From an uncultured Caldilineaceae bacterium (GTDB lineage: Bacteria; Chloroflexota; Anaerolineae; 4572-78; J111): a stretch of 56,523 bases of DNA. The notes under the pieces were generated by a model, which was not told the DNA's origin, searched no databases, and saw nothing but the letters and a program-made list of their open reading frames with translations. Of this stretch, positions 9,042-17,887 are shown piece after piece; within the stretch, counting starts at the first letter, position 1, and each line of letters starts with the position of its first letter. The stretch covers positions 1 through 56,523 of the forward strand of contig CAZRYD010000004.1 of NCBI GenBank assembly GCA_964604225.1, written 5' to 3'. Both the position numbers and the translations under genes were made by a program.

Positions 9042-10901
9042 TCAGTGGTCAATGTTCTCAGGGTACGAGGTGAATTTTGGGGCCTCTAAGTCTGGCGCTG
9101 ACCAATGGTGGAGCTCATGCCAAAAGTAGAGCGCGATGACGGCTAGCAGAGCCAGGCCGCTGATAATAGTTCCCAGCGTCCGGGAGGGCGTGCTGCCCAT
9201 ACGCAGGTCGAGGATATGTTCGCCCGCCGGAACGTCAACCGTAATCAGACCATAGGGCGGCTCAGGCCGGTACTGGATAGGCTGTCCATTGAGGCTGACC
9301 TGCCAGCCGGGGTAAGTATAAGTATAAAATTGCAGAGTGACCGGCCCTGCGGCGCTTACTTTGACCTGGCTGGAAGCCCCGCCGCGATGCAGCGTTTCGA
9401 CCCTGCCTTGCCCGGCGATAATAGCGGCAGCGCTGAGCGGCTCGCTGTTGAGATATTGTTGCTCTAGCGGACTGGTTTGGGGTTGTTCCTGGGTGACCGA
9501 AACCATAGCCACCCGGTCAATAATAGAGACTCGGTCCCATTTGACCACCGCCAGCGGCGTTTCTGCCCAGGTGGGAATTTCGGTGTATTGGGGCAGGGTA
9601 TAGGGCAAAGAAGCTAGGATGACGACCAGGCAGAGCAGAACGAGGGGGGCAGAGGGTAAGTTTGAAGGGTGAAGGGTGAATTTTGAAGGGTGAATTGTTC
9701 TATTTTCAATGGGTTCGGCTAACAAAGAGCCGGCGACGATGGACATGGTGAAAGCAGTCATCCCCAACAAGCGCCAGGGAAACTGGACCAGGGTTGCAAT
9801 CGGCACAACTTGCCAGACCGACTCGGCCAGCGGGGACATCAAGAAGATAATAACGAGGGTGGCGATAAAGAAAAAAATGGCTAACCCCCGCTGCGGAAAG
9901 CGGCGGGTGAAGATAGAGACCAACGCAAACATAGTCAGCGCAATGACCACAATCCCCAGTTGGAAAGAGAAATCATCGGCCAAACCGGGGCCGGCGTAAC
10001 CGTAGCCCCATTCCGGCGAAAAAAACTGCGAAAAATAGACAAAGTGCTGCAAGTAGTTATAACTGCCGCTGGTCCACTGCTCGATTTTGATGTAGCGGGT
10101 TTCGGTGATGACCGGGATGAGATAGATGGCTGCCAGAGCCAAACCAAGCAGTCCGGCGCTGACTGCATATAGACTCAAGGAGCTGAGCGCCTTGAGCTTG
10201 AATTTGGCTTTAGCCAGAATCAAGACCAGCAGGTAAATCATCAAAAACGGGCTAAAAGTGAAGAAGGTCGTGTGGTGGGTCAGCGCCAAGAGACCGTAGG
10301 CAACCCCAGCTACGGCAACCCGGCGCAGTGAAGGAGCAGCAACCAGTTCGGTAAAGGCCCAAAAGACAAACGGGATCAGGGCCAGGGCCACAAACTCGGC
10401 GTAGGCGCTGCGGACAAAGATTTCCACCAGGTGAAAGGGAGCATACATGTAGACCACCGCTGCCAGCAGCCCAGCCTGGGAACCAAACAGGCGGCGGGTC
10501 AGGCCATACATGCCCAGTCCGGCGCTTATGGTCGCCAAAACATACATGGTTTTGATGGTTGTGGTAAAGCCTAAACCAAGCAGGTGAATTAGCTCGGCCA
10601 CATAAAAGGCCAGAGGTGCATAGAGGTTAAAGAGGGGATAACCATAACCAAAGGCAAAATCCGGCGACCAGCGCGGCCACCAGAACCCATCTCGAAAGGT
10701 TTGATCAAATTCGACCAGGAAGAAGACGCTGTGCCGGGCATCGTGGGCATTGAAAAAATAGCCGGGGCTCAGCAGCGGTCCCCAGGCAAAAATGGACAAA
10801 CCCAGAATCAGCCAGAAGTGCGGGGCCGCGAACCGAGAGGTAGAGATGTGAGGGGGCCAGCTAAAGGATCTTGCGGTTTTAGTTTCCTCAAGCCTTTGCA
10901 T
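9042..10901 (-). CDS. Large polytopic membrane protein, GT-C-fold glycosyltransferase-like (paralogue 1)
   Basis: More than 10 predicted TM helices. The N-terminal motif GYFFNAHDARHSVFFLVEF...WPRWSPDFAFGYGYPLFNLYAPL is shared with the next gene. A soluble beta-rich C-terminus ends in a terminal TM helix. Confidence 0.65.
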   Translation of the reverse strand: MQRLEETKTARSFSWPPHISTSRFAAPHFWLILGLSIFAWGPLLSPGYFFNAHDARHSVFFLVEFDQTFRDGFWWPRWSPDFAFGYGYPLFNLYAPLAFYVAELIHLLGLGFTTTIKTMYVLATISAGLGMYGLTRRLFGSQAGLLAAVVYMYAPFHLVEIFVRSAYAEFVALALIPFVFWAFTELVAAPSLRRVAVAGVAYGLLALTHHTTFFTFSPFLMIYLLVLILAKAKFKLKALSSLSLYAVSAGLLGLALAAIYLIPVITETRYIKIEQWTSGSYNYLQHFVYFSQFFSPEWGYGYAGPGLADDFSFQLGIVVIALTMFALVSIFTRRFPQRGLAIFFFIATLVIIFLMSPLAESVWQVVPIATLVQFPWRLLGMTAFTMSIVAGSLLAEPIENRTIHPSKFTLHPSNLPSAPLVLLCLVVILASLPYTLPQYTEIPTWAETPLAVVKWDRVSIIDRVAMVSVTQEQPQTSPLEQQYLNSEPLSAAAIIAGQGRVETLHRGGASSQVKVSAAGPVTLQFYTYTYPGWQVSLNGQPIQYRPEPPYGLITVDVPAGEHILDLRMGSTPSRTLGTIISGLALLAVIALYFWHELHHWSAPDLEAPKFTSYPENIDH

Positions 10902-12864
10902 CTTTTCGTCTCACTCCCATAAATCTTTCGCGTAGAGATAGACTATCAACTATCAGTAACGCTACGACTCCCAAAATTGAGATCACCGAAATCCAACGTC
11001 CGACGATCCTTATCGGCGTATCTTCAAAGCGAAGTTCCAGGAAGTGAGAGCCCGGCGGTATCGGAACCACCATCCAGCCCTCGATAGGGGTGGTGCTGAT
11101 TGGGGGGCGGTCCACTATGGGTCCGATGCGGGTGACCGGGCCGACATTTTTATCCAGGTTGCCGTCGTGCGGGCCTAAATCCTGGTAAAGATAAGCCTGC
11201 CAGCCGGGGTAGTAGGGGATCAGAAAGGTCACAGTCTGCCCTTCTTTTTCGGTACCCACCCACAACAACTCGTGCACGCTGTCCAACTCCATCGAAAAGA
11301 CGCCCACGCTGTTATCGGGGGGGAGGGCGGTATAGTTGACCTTGGTGGTAATCTCGCCGCCGCGCTCAACCTGCTCGGCCAGGGACGACCAATTGGGAAT
11401 ACGCTGCACCCAGGCAGTCTGGCCGGTCATTTCATCGGAGGATTGCTGAAAGCGAAACAGTGCGGCCTGGCTGGCCGGTCCCTCGGTGGGTTTGGGGTCG
11501 CGCACCTCGGCCCGAAGGTAGGGGTAGCTGGAGAGAAGGATCAGACTGGCGAGGATGGTAGTGGGGAGTAGGGAGTCGAGAGTAGAGAATGATTTAAGTG
11601 TTGACCCTTGACTATTGACCGTTGACTGTTGGCTATTTTCTTGGGTCATAATGCTTCCGGCAAGCAGCGAAATAAACGGGGCGATGACCACCAACAGCCG
11701 CCAGGGAAATTGGGCAAAACTCGAAAGCGGCAAAAACCGCCAGACCGGGTCAGAAATCGGTACAGTCAGAAAGATCAGCACCAGAGTGGTGACCTGGAAA
11801 AAATAGAGCGTTCGCCGCAGGGCCGAATTGGCCAGTTTGAGCACGAGCAAAAAAGAGAGGCTAAAAAGTACAAGCGCGGCCAGGCCGATTTGAAAACCGG
11901 CGTCGTCGTTGGGGCCGGGGATGCTGGCTCCAAAGCCCCAGCGCGGCGAGAAGAGCTGGAATAGCTCGACAAAATCGCCACCGAAGGCAAAACGTCCTCC
12001 CACCCACTGGTCAACCCGAACATAACGGTATTCCAGCAAAGCGGGCAGCCAAAAAATGGCGCTCAGGCCGAGACCGAGAAAGAGCACAAAGGCCGGAGGG
12101 ATGGCGGAGGTGAGCAGGCGTGAAGCGTGATACCTGATAGGTGAGGCGTGAGGCGTAGGGTGTGTTGAGCTATTATTCGCTGATATACTGGTGGGTTGAG
12201 GCGTCAGGAGCATAAACGCGACATATAAACCCAAAATGGGTGTGAAGAGCAGGGCTAGCAAATTACTGGTAAACATAAGCCCCGCGTAAGCAACGGCTGC
12301 CCAGAGCAAGGCCCTCAAGCGGGGGTGAGTCACAGACTCATAAAACCCCCACAGGGTGAGCGGCACGAAGACAAAGCCAACCGACTCGGCCTGAGCGGCG
12401 CGAACGTACAGGTCAAAGAGGTGGTAAGGTATGTAGACGTAAGTTAGGGCGGCAATTAGCCCCGCCGGTCGGCCTAGCAATTGTCGGGCAAACAGATACA
12501 TCGCTAACCCGGAAAAGATTGCTGACAAACCAAAAACGACTTTAACCGCTGTAACGATGTCCAACCCCGCCAGGTGAAACGTCTCCCCAATGTAGATTGA
12601 GAGAGGACCGTAGATATTGAACATGGGATAGCCATACCCAAAGGCAAAATCAGGTGACCACCGGGGGTAAAAAATGCCATCCTGGATGGATTTGGCAAAT
12701 TCGTACAAATAATAAACCGAGTGGCGAGCATCATGCGCGCCCCAAAAGTAGCCGGGTTGCAACAGCGGGCCAATGACCGGCAAGGAGAGAAGTAGAGTGA
12801 GCCAGAGGTAGGGATCGTGGCGAAAGGCGAATAAGGCACGGTGCTCGGTGGTCGAATTATTCAA
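10888..12864 (-). CDS. Large polytopic membrane protein, GT-C-fold glycosyltransferase-like (paralogue 2)
   Basis: Same motif as paralogue 1: GYFWGAHDARHSVYYLYEF...YPRWSPDFAFGYGYPMFNIYGPL. I place the start at TTG 12864-12862, with GGAAAGGTGG upstream, overlapping the TAA stop of the upstream gene. The ORF-track start at 12969 would overlap that gene by 113 nt. Confidence 0.6.
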   Translation of the reverse strand: MNNSTTEHRALFAFRHDPYLWLTLLLSLPVIGPLLQPGYFWGAHDARHSVYYLYEFAKSIQDGIFYPRWSPDFAFGYGYPMFNIYGPLSIYIGETFHLAGLDIVTAVKVVFGLSAIFSGLAMYLFARQLLGRPAGLIAALTYVYIPYHLFDLYVRAAQAESVGFVFVPLTLWGFYESVTHPRLRALLWAAVAYAGLMFTSNLLALLFTPILGLYVAFMLLTPQPTSISANNSSTHPTPHASPIRYHASRLLTSAIPPAFVLFLGLGLSAIFWLPALLEYRYVRVDQWVGGRFAFGGDFVELFQLFSPRWGFGASIPGPNDDAGFQIGLAALVLFSLSFLLVLKLANSALRRTLYFFQVTTLVLIFLTVPISDPVWRFLPLSSFAQFPWRLLVVIAPFISLLAGSIMTQENSQQSTVNSQGSTLKSFSTLDSLLPTTILASLILLSSYPYLRAEVRDPKPTEGPASQAALFRFQQSSDEMTGQTAWVQRIPNWSSLAEQVERGGEITTKVNYTALPPDNSVGVFSMELDSVHELLWVGTEKEGQTVTFLIPYYPGWQAYLYQDLGPHDGNLDKNVGPVTRIGPIVDRPPISTTPIEGWMVVPIPPGSHFLELRFEDTPIRIVGRWISVISILGVVALLIVDSLSLRERFMGVRRKDAKA

Positions 12865-14617
12865 CGTGCAGGACCACCTTTCCTTCGGCGTCAGCAGGCA
12901 CGGGGAGACGAGCGCCGCTGGCTTCGTTGTACAAGCCCAGAAGAACTCGATAGGGGCCGGGGGAGGCATCGGCGGGAAGGAGCAGCGGGTAGGAGTCTTT
13001 GATCAGTTCGCCGGGAATCCAGCGGGAGGTGGGATAGCTGCCCTCCAGGGGCTGCCCATCGAATTGAGCCAGAACTCGACCGTTGGCGTCAACCAGGTGA
13101 ACAAAGACTTTCCAATCTGCGGCAAAGGCTTGCAATGGCTGCCAGGTGACGTTGAGTCGCAAGACCTGGTTGGCTTGCAGAGGGCCATGGGCTGCCAGCG
13201 GAATTGTGGTTGGTCCACGGTCCAGGCCGGCGGTGTTGCCGTTGATGTCTACTGAGAAATGGTGCGATAACAGGGCTAACTGGTCTGGACCCCACAAGGC
13301 TTGCGGGCCTGATCGCATGCTTGGCTCAATTTGAATGAATTGAGGTAGTAAGTAGCTGTAACTGCTTAGAATCACCAGAATAATGATCGAACTGAATAGG
13401 GGTAAGCGGGTGAGTTGCTCATCCAGCCATAAGCTGGCCCCGGCCAAAACGGCCAGACCCAGGCCGGTCAGCCCCAATAATTGCCAGGGATAGGTCAGGG
13501 TGCTGGCTAAGGTCTGACCAGGGAACCAGGGCAGACGCCACAAAGGTTCGGTAAAATCAAATTGAAGCAAAATAGAAGCAATGGCAACGCCGCCAAAGAA
13601 AATTAAGGAGCGTTCAGTTTGGCGAGTTTCTGCGGCGGTTGACTTGCGCCGCCGCCACAAAATGACGCTCAAAATGGTCAGTCCGATAGCCGCCAAACCT
13701 AACTGAAACGACATGCCGTCATTCCAGCCCGGCCAGCTGGGGCCAAAGCCCCAGTAGGCCGAAAGGAGTTGAAACGGGTAGAGAAAGTGGTTGGAGAAGG
13801 GGATCAACGTGGACGGAGAGGCAGGTGAGGCGGCAGAGATAGCCAGAGTTATAAAAGTCGCCAGGACGACGCCCCCAAAACTGGCGGCGATGGACCAAGC
13901 AGCCCGGCGGGGATAAGTCACCAGGAGCAGCAAACTGACCAGTACAAAGGCCCAGAGGGCTAAGCCCAGTTGGCTCAGACCCAGAATGAGCCAGATACAA
14001 GCAGCCAGGCAGGCGTAAGCCAGTTGGGCCTTTCGACTTGAGGCGCTGTTTGGCTGCTTGGTCGACTCGCTGGCGGTTAGAATGGCCCAGGGTAAGAGTC
14101 CCCAGAAAAAAGCCTCACCCCACGCGCCACGCACATAGACTGTGGCGATCCGATACGGTAAGTAAGTGTAGACCAGAGCAGCCACCACGGCGCCGGGTCG
14201 GCCCAGCCAGTTTTTGAGCCACCCGAACATGCCTGCCGTACCCAACAGCCAGGCCAAGCCCAAGACCACTTTGATAGCCACAAGCGGCTCAGAGGGCCAA
14301 ATAGCGGCCAGATAATAGGGCCACAAACCATCGCTGCGGAGGGGGTCAAAATGAGTGGCTATATGCGGCAGCCAAGGCCAATCTCCCAGATTGACCCGTA
14401 AATCTGCCACATTCCACCACGGCGCCAAACCGCTGTGAGTTTGAATGTAACCGGGATAAAAAAGGGGAGCGATAGCAAATAGGGAAAGAACCAGGGACAA
14501 AATGAGATAGGCTGGGGAGGCTTGGAGGATTGGGGCAGTCACCGAGGCGGCATCGGCAATGATGGGGCTTTCGTTTTGAGGGGCGGCAGGGAGACTCACC
14601 GACTCGACCTCACCCAT
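12857..14617 (-). CDS. Polytopic membrane protein, ArnT/PMT-like GT-C glycosyltransferase-like (divergent third member)
   Basis: Many TM helices. The C-terminal soluble motif VFVHLVDANGRVLAQFDGQPLEGSYPTSRWIPGELIKDSYPLLLPADASPGPYRVLLGLY is one I recall at the C-termini of GT39/GT83-type transferases in Chloroflexota and cyanobacteria. Confidence 0.6.
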   Translation of the reverse strand: MGEVESVSLPAAPQNESPIIADAASVTAPILQASPAYLILSLVLSLFAIAPLFYPGYIQTHSGLAPWWNVADLRVNLGDWPWLPHIATHFDPLRSDGLWPYYLAAIWPSEPLVAIKVVLGLAWLLGTAGMFGWLKNWLGRPGAVVAALVYTYLPYRIATVYVRGAWGEAFFWGLLPWAILTASESTKQPNSASSRKAQLAYACLAACIWLILGLSQLGLALWAFVLVSLLLLVTYPRRAAWSIAASFGGVVLATFITLAISAASPASPSTLIPFSNHFLYPFQLLSAYWGFGPSWPGWNDGMSFQLGLAAIGLTILSVILWRRRKSTAAETRQTERSLIFFGGVAIASILLQFDFTEPLWRLPWFPGQTLASTLTYPWQLLGLTGLGLAVLAGASLWLDEQLTRLPLFSSIIILVILSSYSYLLPQFIQIEPSMRSGPQALWGPDQLALLSHHFSVDINGNTAGLDRGPTTIPLAAHGPLQANQVLRLNVTWQPLQAFAADWKVFVHLVDANGRVLAQFDGQPLEGSYPTSRWIPGELIKDSYPLLLPADASPGPYRVLLGLYNEASGARLPVPADAEGKVVLHVE

Positions 14618-14661
14618 TTTCGTTGGCCCCCTGTGGGGGGAAACAAGCAGTCAGAGGCAAA

Positions 14662-14880
14662 TCAGTCTTCCTCTTCCTCCAGGGTTTCAGCCAGACGCTT
14701 AAGATTGGCAGCGATCTCGCGCGTCATTTCGACAATGCGCTTGAGGTCCACCTGTATTTCAGGCGATACTTCCTTGCTAATCAGACAATATTGCGCAATA
14801 CTGATGACCGATGAAACCTGGTTTAAGGTATCGTGCAATATTGCTCCGGGCGGCATAAATTCTTCAGTTTCTGACATCAT
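14662..14880 (-). CDS. 72-aa stand-alone histidine-kinase DHp-like (H-box) mini-protein
   Basis: ILHDTLNQVSSVISIAQYCLI resembles an H-box (h-x-H-D-h-x-N-x-h-x-x-I). It is followed by a second predicted helix VDLKRIVEMTREIAANLKRLAETL and an acidic tail. There is no ATPase domain. Confidence 0.5.
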   Translation of the reverse strand: MMSETEEFMPPGAILHDTLNQVSSVISIAQYCLISKEVSPEIQVDLKRIVEMTREIAANLKRLAETLEEEED

Positions 14881-14939
14881 AGGCTAGTTCTGGTCTCCAA
14901 TCGGTCGATCTAATTACGGCGTGATAAATTTGTTTTGGT

Positions 14940-15509
14940 TTAGGCGCCGGCCAGGCCCAGTTCACCTGCCGCCTCTTGCATAGCAGTTAGAACTATTTGG
15001 ATGTGTTCGTCAAGGTCAATGTTTAACGCCGCCGCGCCGGCCTCAATATCCTCACGGTTAACGCCGGGGGCAAAGCCTTTGACCTTCCACTTTTTCCGCA
15101 CCGACTTGACATCTACATCGCGAATATCTCTGGAGGGACGCACCAGGGCCACTGCGGCAATCAAACCGGTCAATTCGTCAACCGCGAACAGGGTGTGTTC
15201 CATTTTGGATTGGCGCTCGACGCCGGTCACTTCGGTGGCATGCGAGACAATAGCTCGGATAATCTCCTCATCGACTCCCTGCCCACGCAAAATGGGCGTG
15301 CCGGTGTTGGGGTGGCCATTCACCGCCACGTCGGGGTAGCGCTCATAATCAAAGTCGTGCAGCAGCCCAACCAGGCCCCATTTTTCCTCATCTTCACCAT
15401 AGTAACGGGCATAGGCTCGCATCGCCACTTCGACGGATTGCATATGGCGGCGTAGTTGGGGGCTGGCGGTGTATTCACAGACTAAAGCCCAGGCTTTGGC
15501 TCGGTTCAT
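14940..15509 (-). CDS. HD/HDIG-domain metal-dependent phosphohydrolase
   Basis: Start moved to ATG 15509, with GAGAGGAG SD upstream. The protein begins MNRAKAWALVCEYT..., has the HD motif GLLHDFDYERYP, and a later HPNTG. The longer ORF-track N-terminus would run through the promoter region. Confidence 0.8.
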   Translation of the reverse strand: MNRAKAWALVCEYTASPQLRRHMQSVEVAMRAYARYYGEDEEKWGLVGLLHDFDYERYPDVAVNGHPNTGTPILRGQGVDEEIIRAIVSHATEVTGVERQSKMEHTLFAVDELTGLIAAVALVRPSRDIRDVDVKSVRKKWKVKGFAPGVNREDIEAGAAALNIDLDEHIQIVLTAMQEAAGELGLAGA

Positions 15510-15540
15510 GCTGCTCCTCTCTCTGCTTACTTCGGGCTGC

Positions 15541-15551
15541 ATTATAGCACA
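15541..15551 (-). promoter_or_regulatory. Extended -10 promoter element TGTGCTATAAT for the HD-led minus-strand cluster
   Basis: The minus strand of 15541-15551 reads TGTGCTATAAT (TGn + TATAAT), 32 nt upstream of ATG 15509. Confidence 0.5.
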
Positions 15552-15627
15552 ACTACCCCAGAGGCTAAAGTTAAGCCGCACAAAATTCCCTCTAACCCGG
15601 CCTCTTGTGACAGCTATCGCAAACCTT

Positions 15628-15656
15628 TTGACAACTACCCTTGATTGCATTAGAAT
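15628..15656 (+). promoter_or_regulatory. Sigma-70-type promoter for the EF-G paralogue
   Basis: TTGACA (15628-15633), exact 17-nt spacer, TAGAAT (15651-15656). Confidence 0.6.
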
Positions 15657-15746
15657 AATCTGACGTGCCTGGATACCTGGGCACACACATCCGTACATTG
15701 ATGTACACACATATCTCGCGCATAGTCGCGTTTTAAGGAGATTTTG

Positions 15747-17816
15747 ATGGCTGGCAGTTACACAACAGACAAAATAAGGAACGTGGTTCTCCTGGGACAT
15801 AGTGGTTGTGGTAAAACGTCACTGGCTGAAGCCATGCTTTTTAACACCGGCGCAATCAACCGCCTGGGCCGGATTGAAGATGGTAACACCGTTTCTGACT
15901 ACGATGAGGAAGAAATCCACCGAACCATGTCGCTGAACCTGGCTGTTATTCCTTGCGAATGGGAAGGTTACAAGATCAATATTTTGGACGCCCCCGGTTA
16001 TGCCGACTTTCAAGGCGAAATGCTCAGCGGCGTCCATGTGGCCGATACCGTGGTGATCGTGATGGACGCCTCGTCCGGGGTTGAGGTCGGCACCCAATTG
16101 GCCTGGCAGATGGCGGTAGACAACCACAAACCTATCGCCATTTTCCTCAATAAAATGGATCGACCCAATGCCAGTTATCGGCGCGCCATTGACCAGCTTC
16201 GCCACACCTTTGAGGCTACCTTTGTGCCCATGGAACTGCCCATCCGCAAGGGCGAACACTTTGAAGGGGTGGTCGATATGATTACCCAAACTGCGCGCAC
16301 CGGCAGCGGCAAACCCGGCGCCCCGCCCGCCGAGATGGCGGCCGAGATCGAAGAGTATCGTACCCAGGTGGTTGAATATGCCGCCGAAGGTGACGACGAA
16401 CTGATGATGAAATATTTTGACGGCGAAGCGCTTACCGAAGCCGAAATTGACCACGGTCTGCAAGCCGGCTTGGCTAACCGAAGGATCGTGCCGGTCTTTT
16501 GCGGGTCGGCTACGGCTAATGTGGCCGTGCGCGGCTTTATGCACACCATTGTCGAAACCTTTCCCACCCCTGCCGTTGAAATTGTGACCAAAAACACCAA
16601 AAACGGCGGGGATGAAACCCTGACCGGCGCAGCCAATGGCCCGCTGGTTGCCCAAATCTTCAAAACCGTTAATGATCAGTATGGCCGGCTCAGCTATTTG
16701 CGGGTTTGGTCGGGCGTGCTCAAAAGCGACTCACGAGCTTTCAATCCCCGGACGGGTGAAGAAGAGCGCATTGCCGGTCTTTTCTCGCCTCGAGGCAAAG
16801 AACAGTTGAGCATGTCCGAAGCCGTGGCTGGCGATATTGCCGGTGTAGTTAAATTGAGCCATACCCAAACCGGCGATACGCTCTGTGACAAGGCGCATCC
16901 CGTAACGGCGCCGCTGGTGAAATATCCTGAACCGGTCTATGCGGTCGCTTTAACCCCCAAAACCCAGGGGGATGCGGCCAAACTGGGCCCCAGCTTGGCC
17001 CGTATTGTCGAAGAGGATTTGACGCTGCGTCACCGTTATGAGGCGGCCACTCATCAGACGCTCCTGGAAGGTATGGGTGATACCCATGTGGATATCGCGG
17101 TCAAGCAGATGAGTAGCCGTTTTGGCCTGGGTGTCGAAACTGCTGTGCCCAGAGTGCCAATGCTGGAAACTGTCTCCCGAACGGCCTCGGCCCAATACCG
17201 GCACAAAAAGCAGACCGGCGGCGCGGGTCAATTTGGCGAAGTTCATTTGCGGGTAGAGCCACAGGAGCGCGGGGTTGGCTTTGAATTCAAGAGCGAAATT
17301 TTTGGTGGTTCCATCTCGCAGCCGTTCCTCCCTTCCATTGAGAAAGGGATTAAACAAGTTTTGGAACAAGGCGTAATTGCCGGCTACCCGGTAGTCGATG
17401 TCAAAGCGATTGTTTATGATGGCAAAGAACACCCAGTTGACTCCAAAGATATCGCTTTTCAAATTGCCGGTCGGGAAGCTTTTAAATTAGCAGTCAAAGA
17501 GGCTGGCCCCATCCTGTTGGAGCCGATTATGAATATGGTCATTACGATCCCCGAAGAGTACACCGGCGATGTCACGGGCAACCTCAGCACCCGCCGGGGC
17601 CGCATGTCGGGGATGGAGCAGGTGCGAGGTAATACGATTATCACCGCTCAAGCGCCGCTGGCCGAAGTACAACGTTACGCCACCGACCTGCGCTCGATTA
17701 CCCAGGGCCGGGGTGTGTATACCATGACCCTGTCGCACTACGAGCCGGTGCCCAGCCATATTGCCAGCGAAATTATTGCCCAGGCCCAACGAGAAAAGCA
17801 AGAAGAAAAAGATTAA
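15747..17816 (+). CDS. Elongation factor G family translational GTPase (paralogue type)
   Basis: AAGGAG SD lies 6 nt before ATG 15747. G1 is GHSGCGKT, G3 is DAPGYADF and G4 is NKMD. EF-G domains II-V are recognisable (RVWSGVLKSD, QTGGAGQFGEV, AGYPVVDVKA, EPIMNMVITIPEEYTGDV). Confidence 0.9.
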   Translation: MAGSYTTDKIRNVVLLGHSGCGKTSLAEAMLFNTGAINRLGRIEDGNTVSDYDEEEIHRTMSLNLAVIPCEWEGYKINILDAPGYADFQGEMLSGVHVADTVVIVMDASSGVEVGTQLAWQMAVDNHKPIAIFLNKMDRPNASYRRAIDQLRHTFEATFVPMELPIRKGEHFEGVVDMITQTARTGSGKPGAPPAEMAAEIEEYRTQVVEYAAEGDDELMMKYFDGEALTEAEIDHGLQAGLANRRIVPVFCGSATANVAVRGFMHTIVETFPTPAVEIVTKNTKNGGDETLTGAANGPLVAQIFKTVNDQYGRLSYLRVWSGVLKSDSRAFNPRTGEEERIAGLFSPRGKEQLSMSEAVAGDIAGVVKLSHTQTGDTLCDKAHPVTAPLVKYPEPVYAVALTPKTQGDAAKLGPSLARIVEEDLTLRHRYEAATHQTLLEGMGDTHVDIAVKQMSSRFGLGVETAVPRVPMLETVSRTASAQYRHKKQTGGAGQFGEVHLRVEPQERGVGFEFKSEIFGGSISQPFLPSIEKGIKQVLEQGVIAGYPVVDVKAIVYDGKEHPVDSKDIAFQIAGREAFKLAVKEAGPILLEPIMNMVITIPEEYTGDVTGNLSTRRGRMSGMEQVRGNTIITAQAPLAEVQRYATDLRSITQGRGVYTMTLSHYEPVPSHIASEIIAQAQREKQEEKD

Positions 17817-17824
17817 TCTTCTAT

Positions 17825-17859
17825 CCTCTCAGGCCCAAACTCAGTTTGGGCCTGAGAGG
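17825..17859 (+). terminator. Perfect 15-bp hairpin right after the EF-G stop
   Basis: CCTCTCAGGCCCAAA / TTTGGGCCTGAGAGG around the loop CTCAG, with no T-tract. It overlaps the ORF-track TTG start of the next gene, which supports the later ATG 17888. Confidence 0.5.
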
Positions 17860-17887
17860 ATGGTTAAAAACAGGAAGAATAAAAAAG

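Noticed and set aside
11601-11635. Tandem heptamers TTGACCC TTGACTA TTGACCG TTGACTG TTGGCTA inside the second GT-C gene, considered as a slipped-strand phase-variation tract
   Set aside because: The units are imperfect, so slippage is unlikely. The tract simply encodes a Ser/Gln/Thr-rich loop (SQQSTVNSQGST) on the minus strand.
12865-12969. ORF-track N-terminal extension of the second GT-C gene (ATG at 12969)
   Set aside because: It would overlap the upstream gene by 113 nt and add a non-hydrophobic, Cys/Pro-rich leader. A TTG with an SD-like sequence at the upstream stop gives a conventional coupled arrangement. The ATG start cannot be fully excluded without proteomic or comparative data.
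15510-15800. ORF-track N-terminal extension of the HD-domain gene
   Set aside because: The extension is Cys/Arg/Val-rich and runs through the EF-G promoter, the TGTGCTATAAT element and into the EF-G coding region. The internal ATG 15509 has a good SD and matches the usual start of this family.
15819-16655. 278-aa minus-strand ORF (and 16175-16663, 16950-17462)
   Set aside because: They are antisense shadows inside the EF-G paralogue gene.
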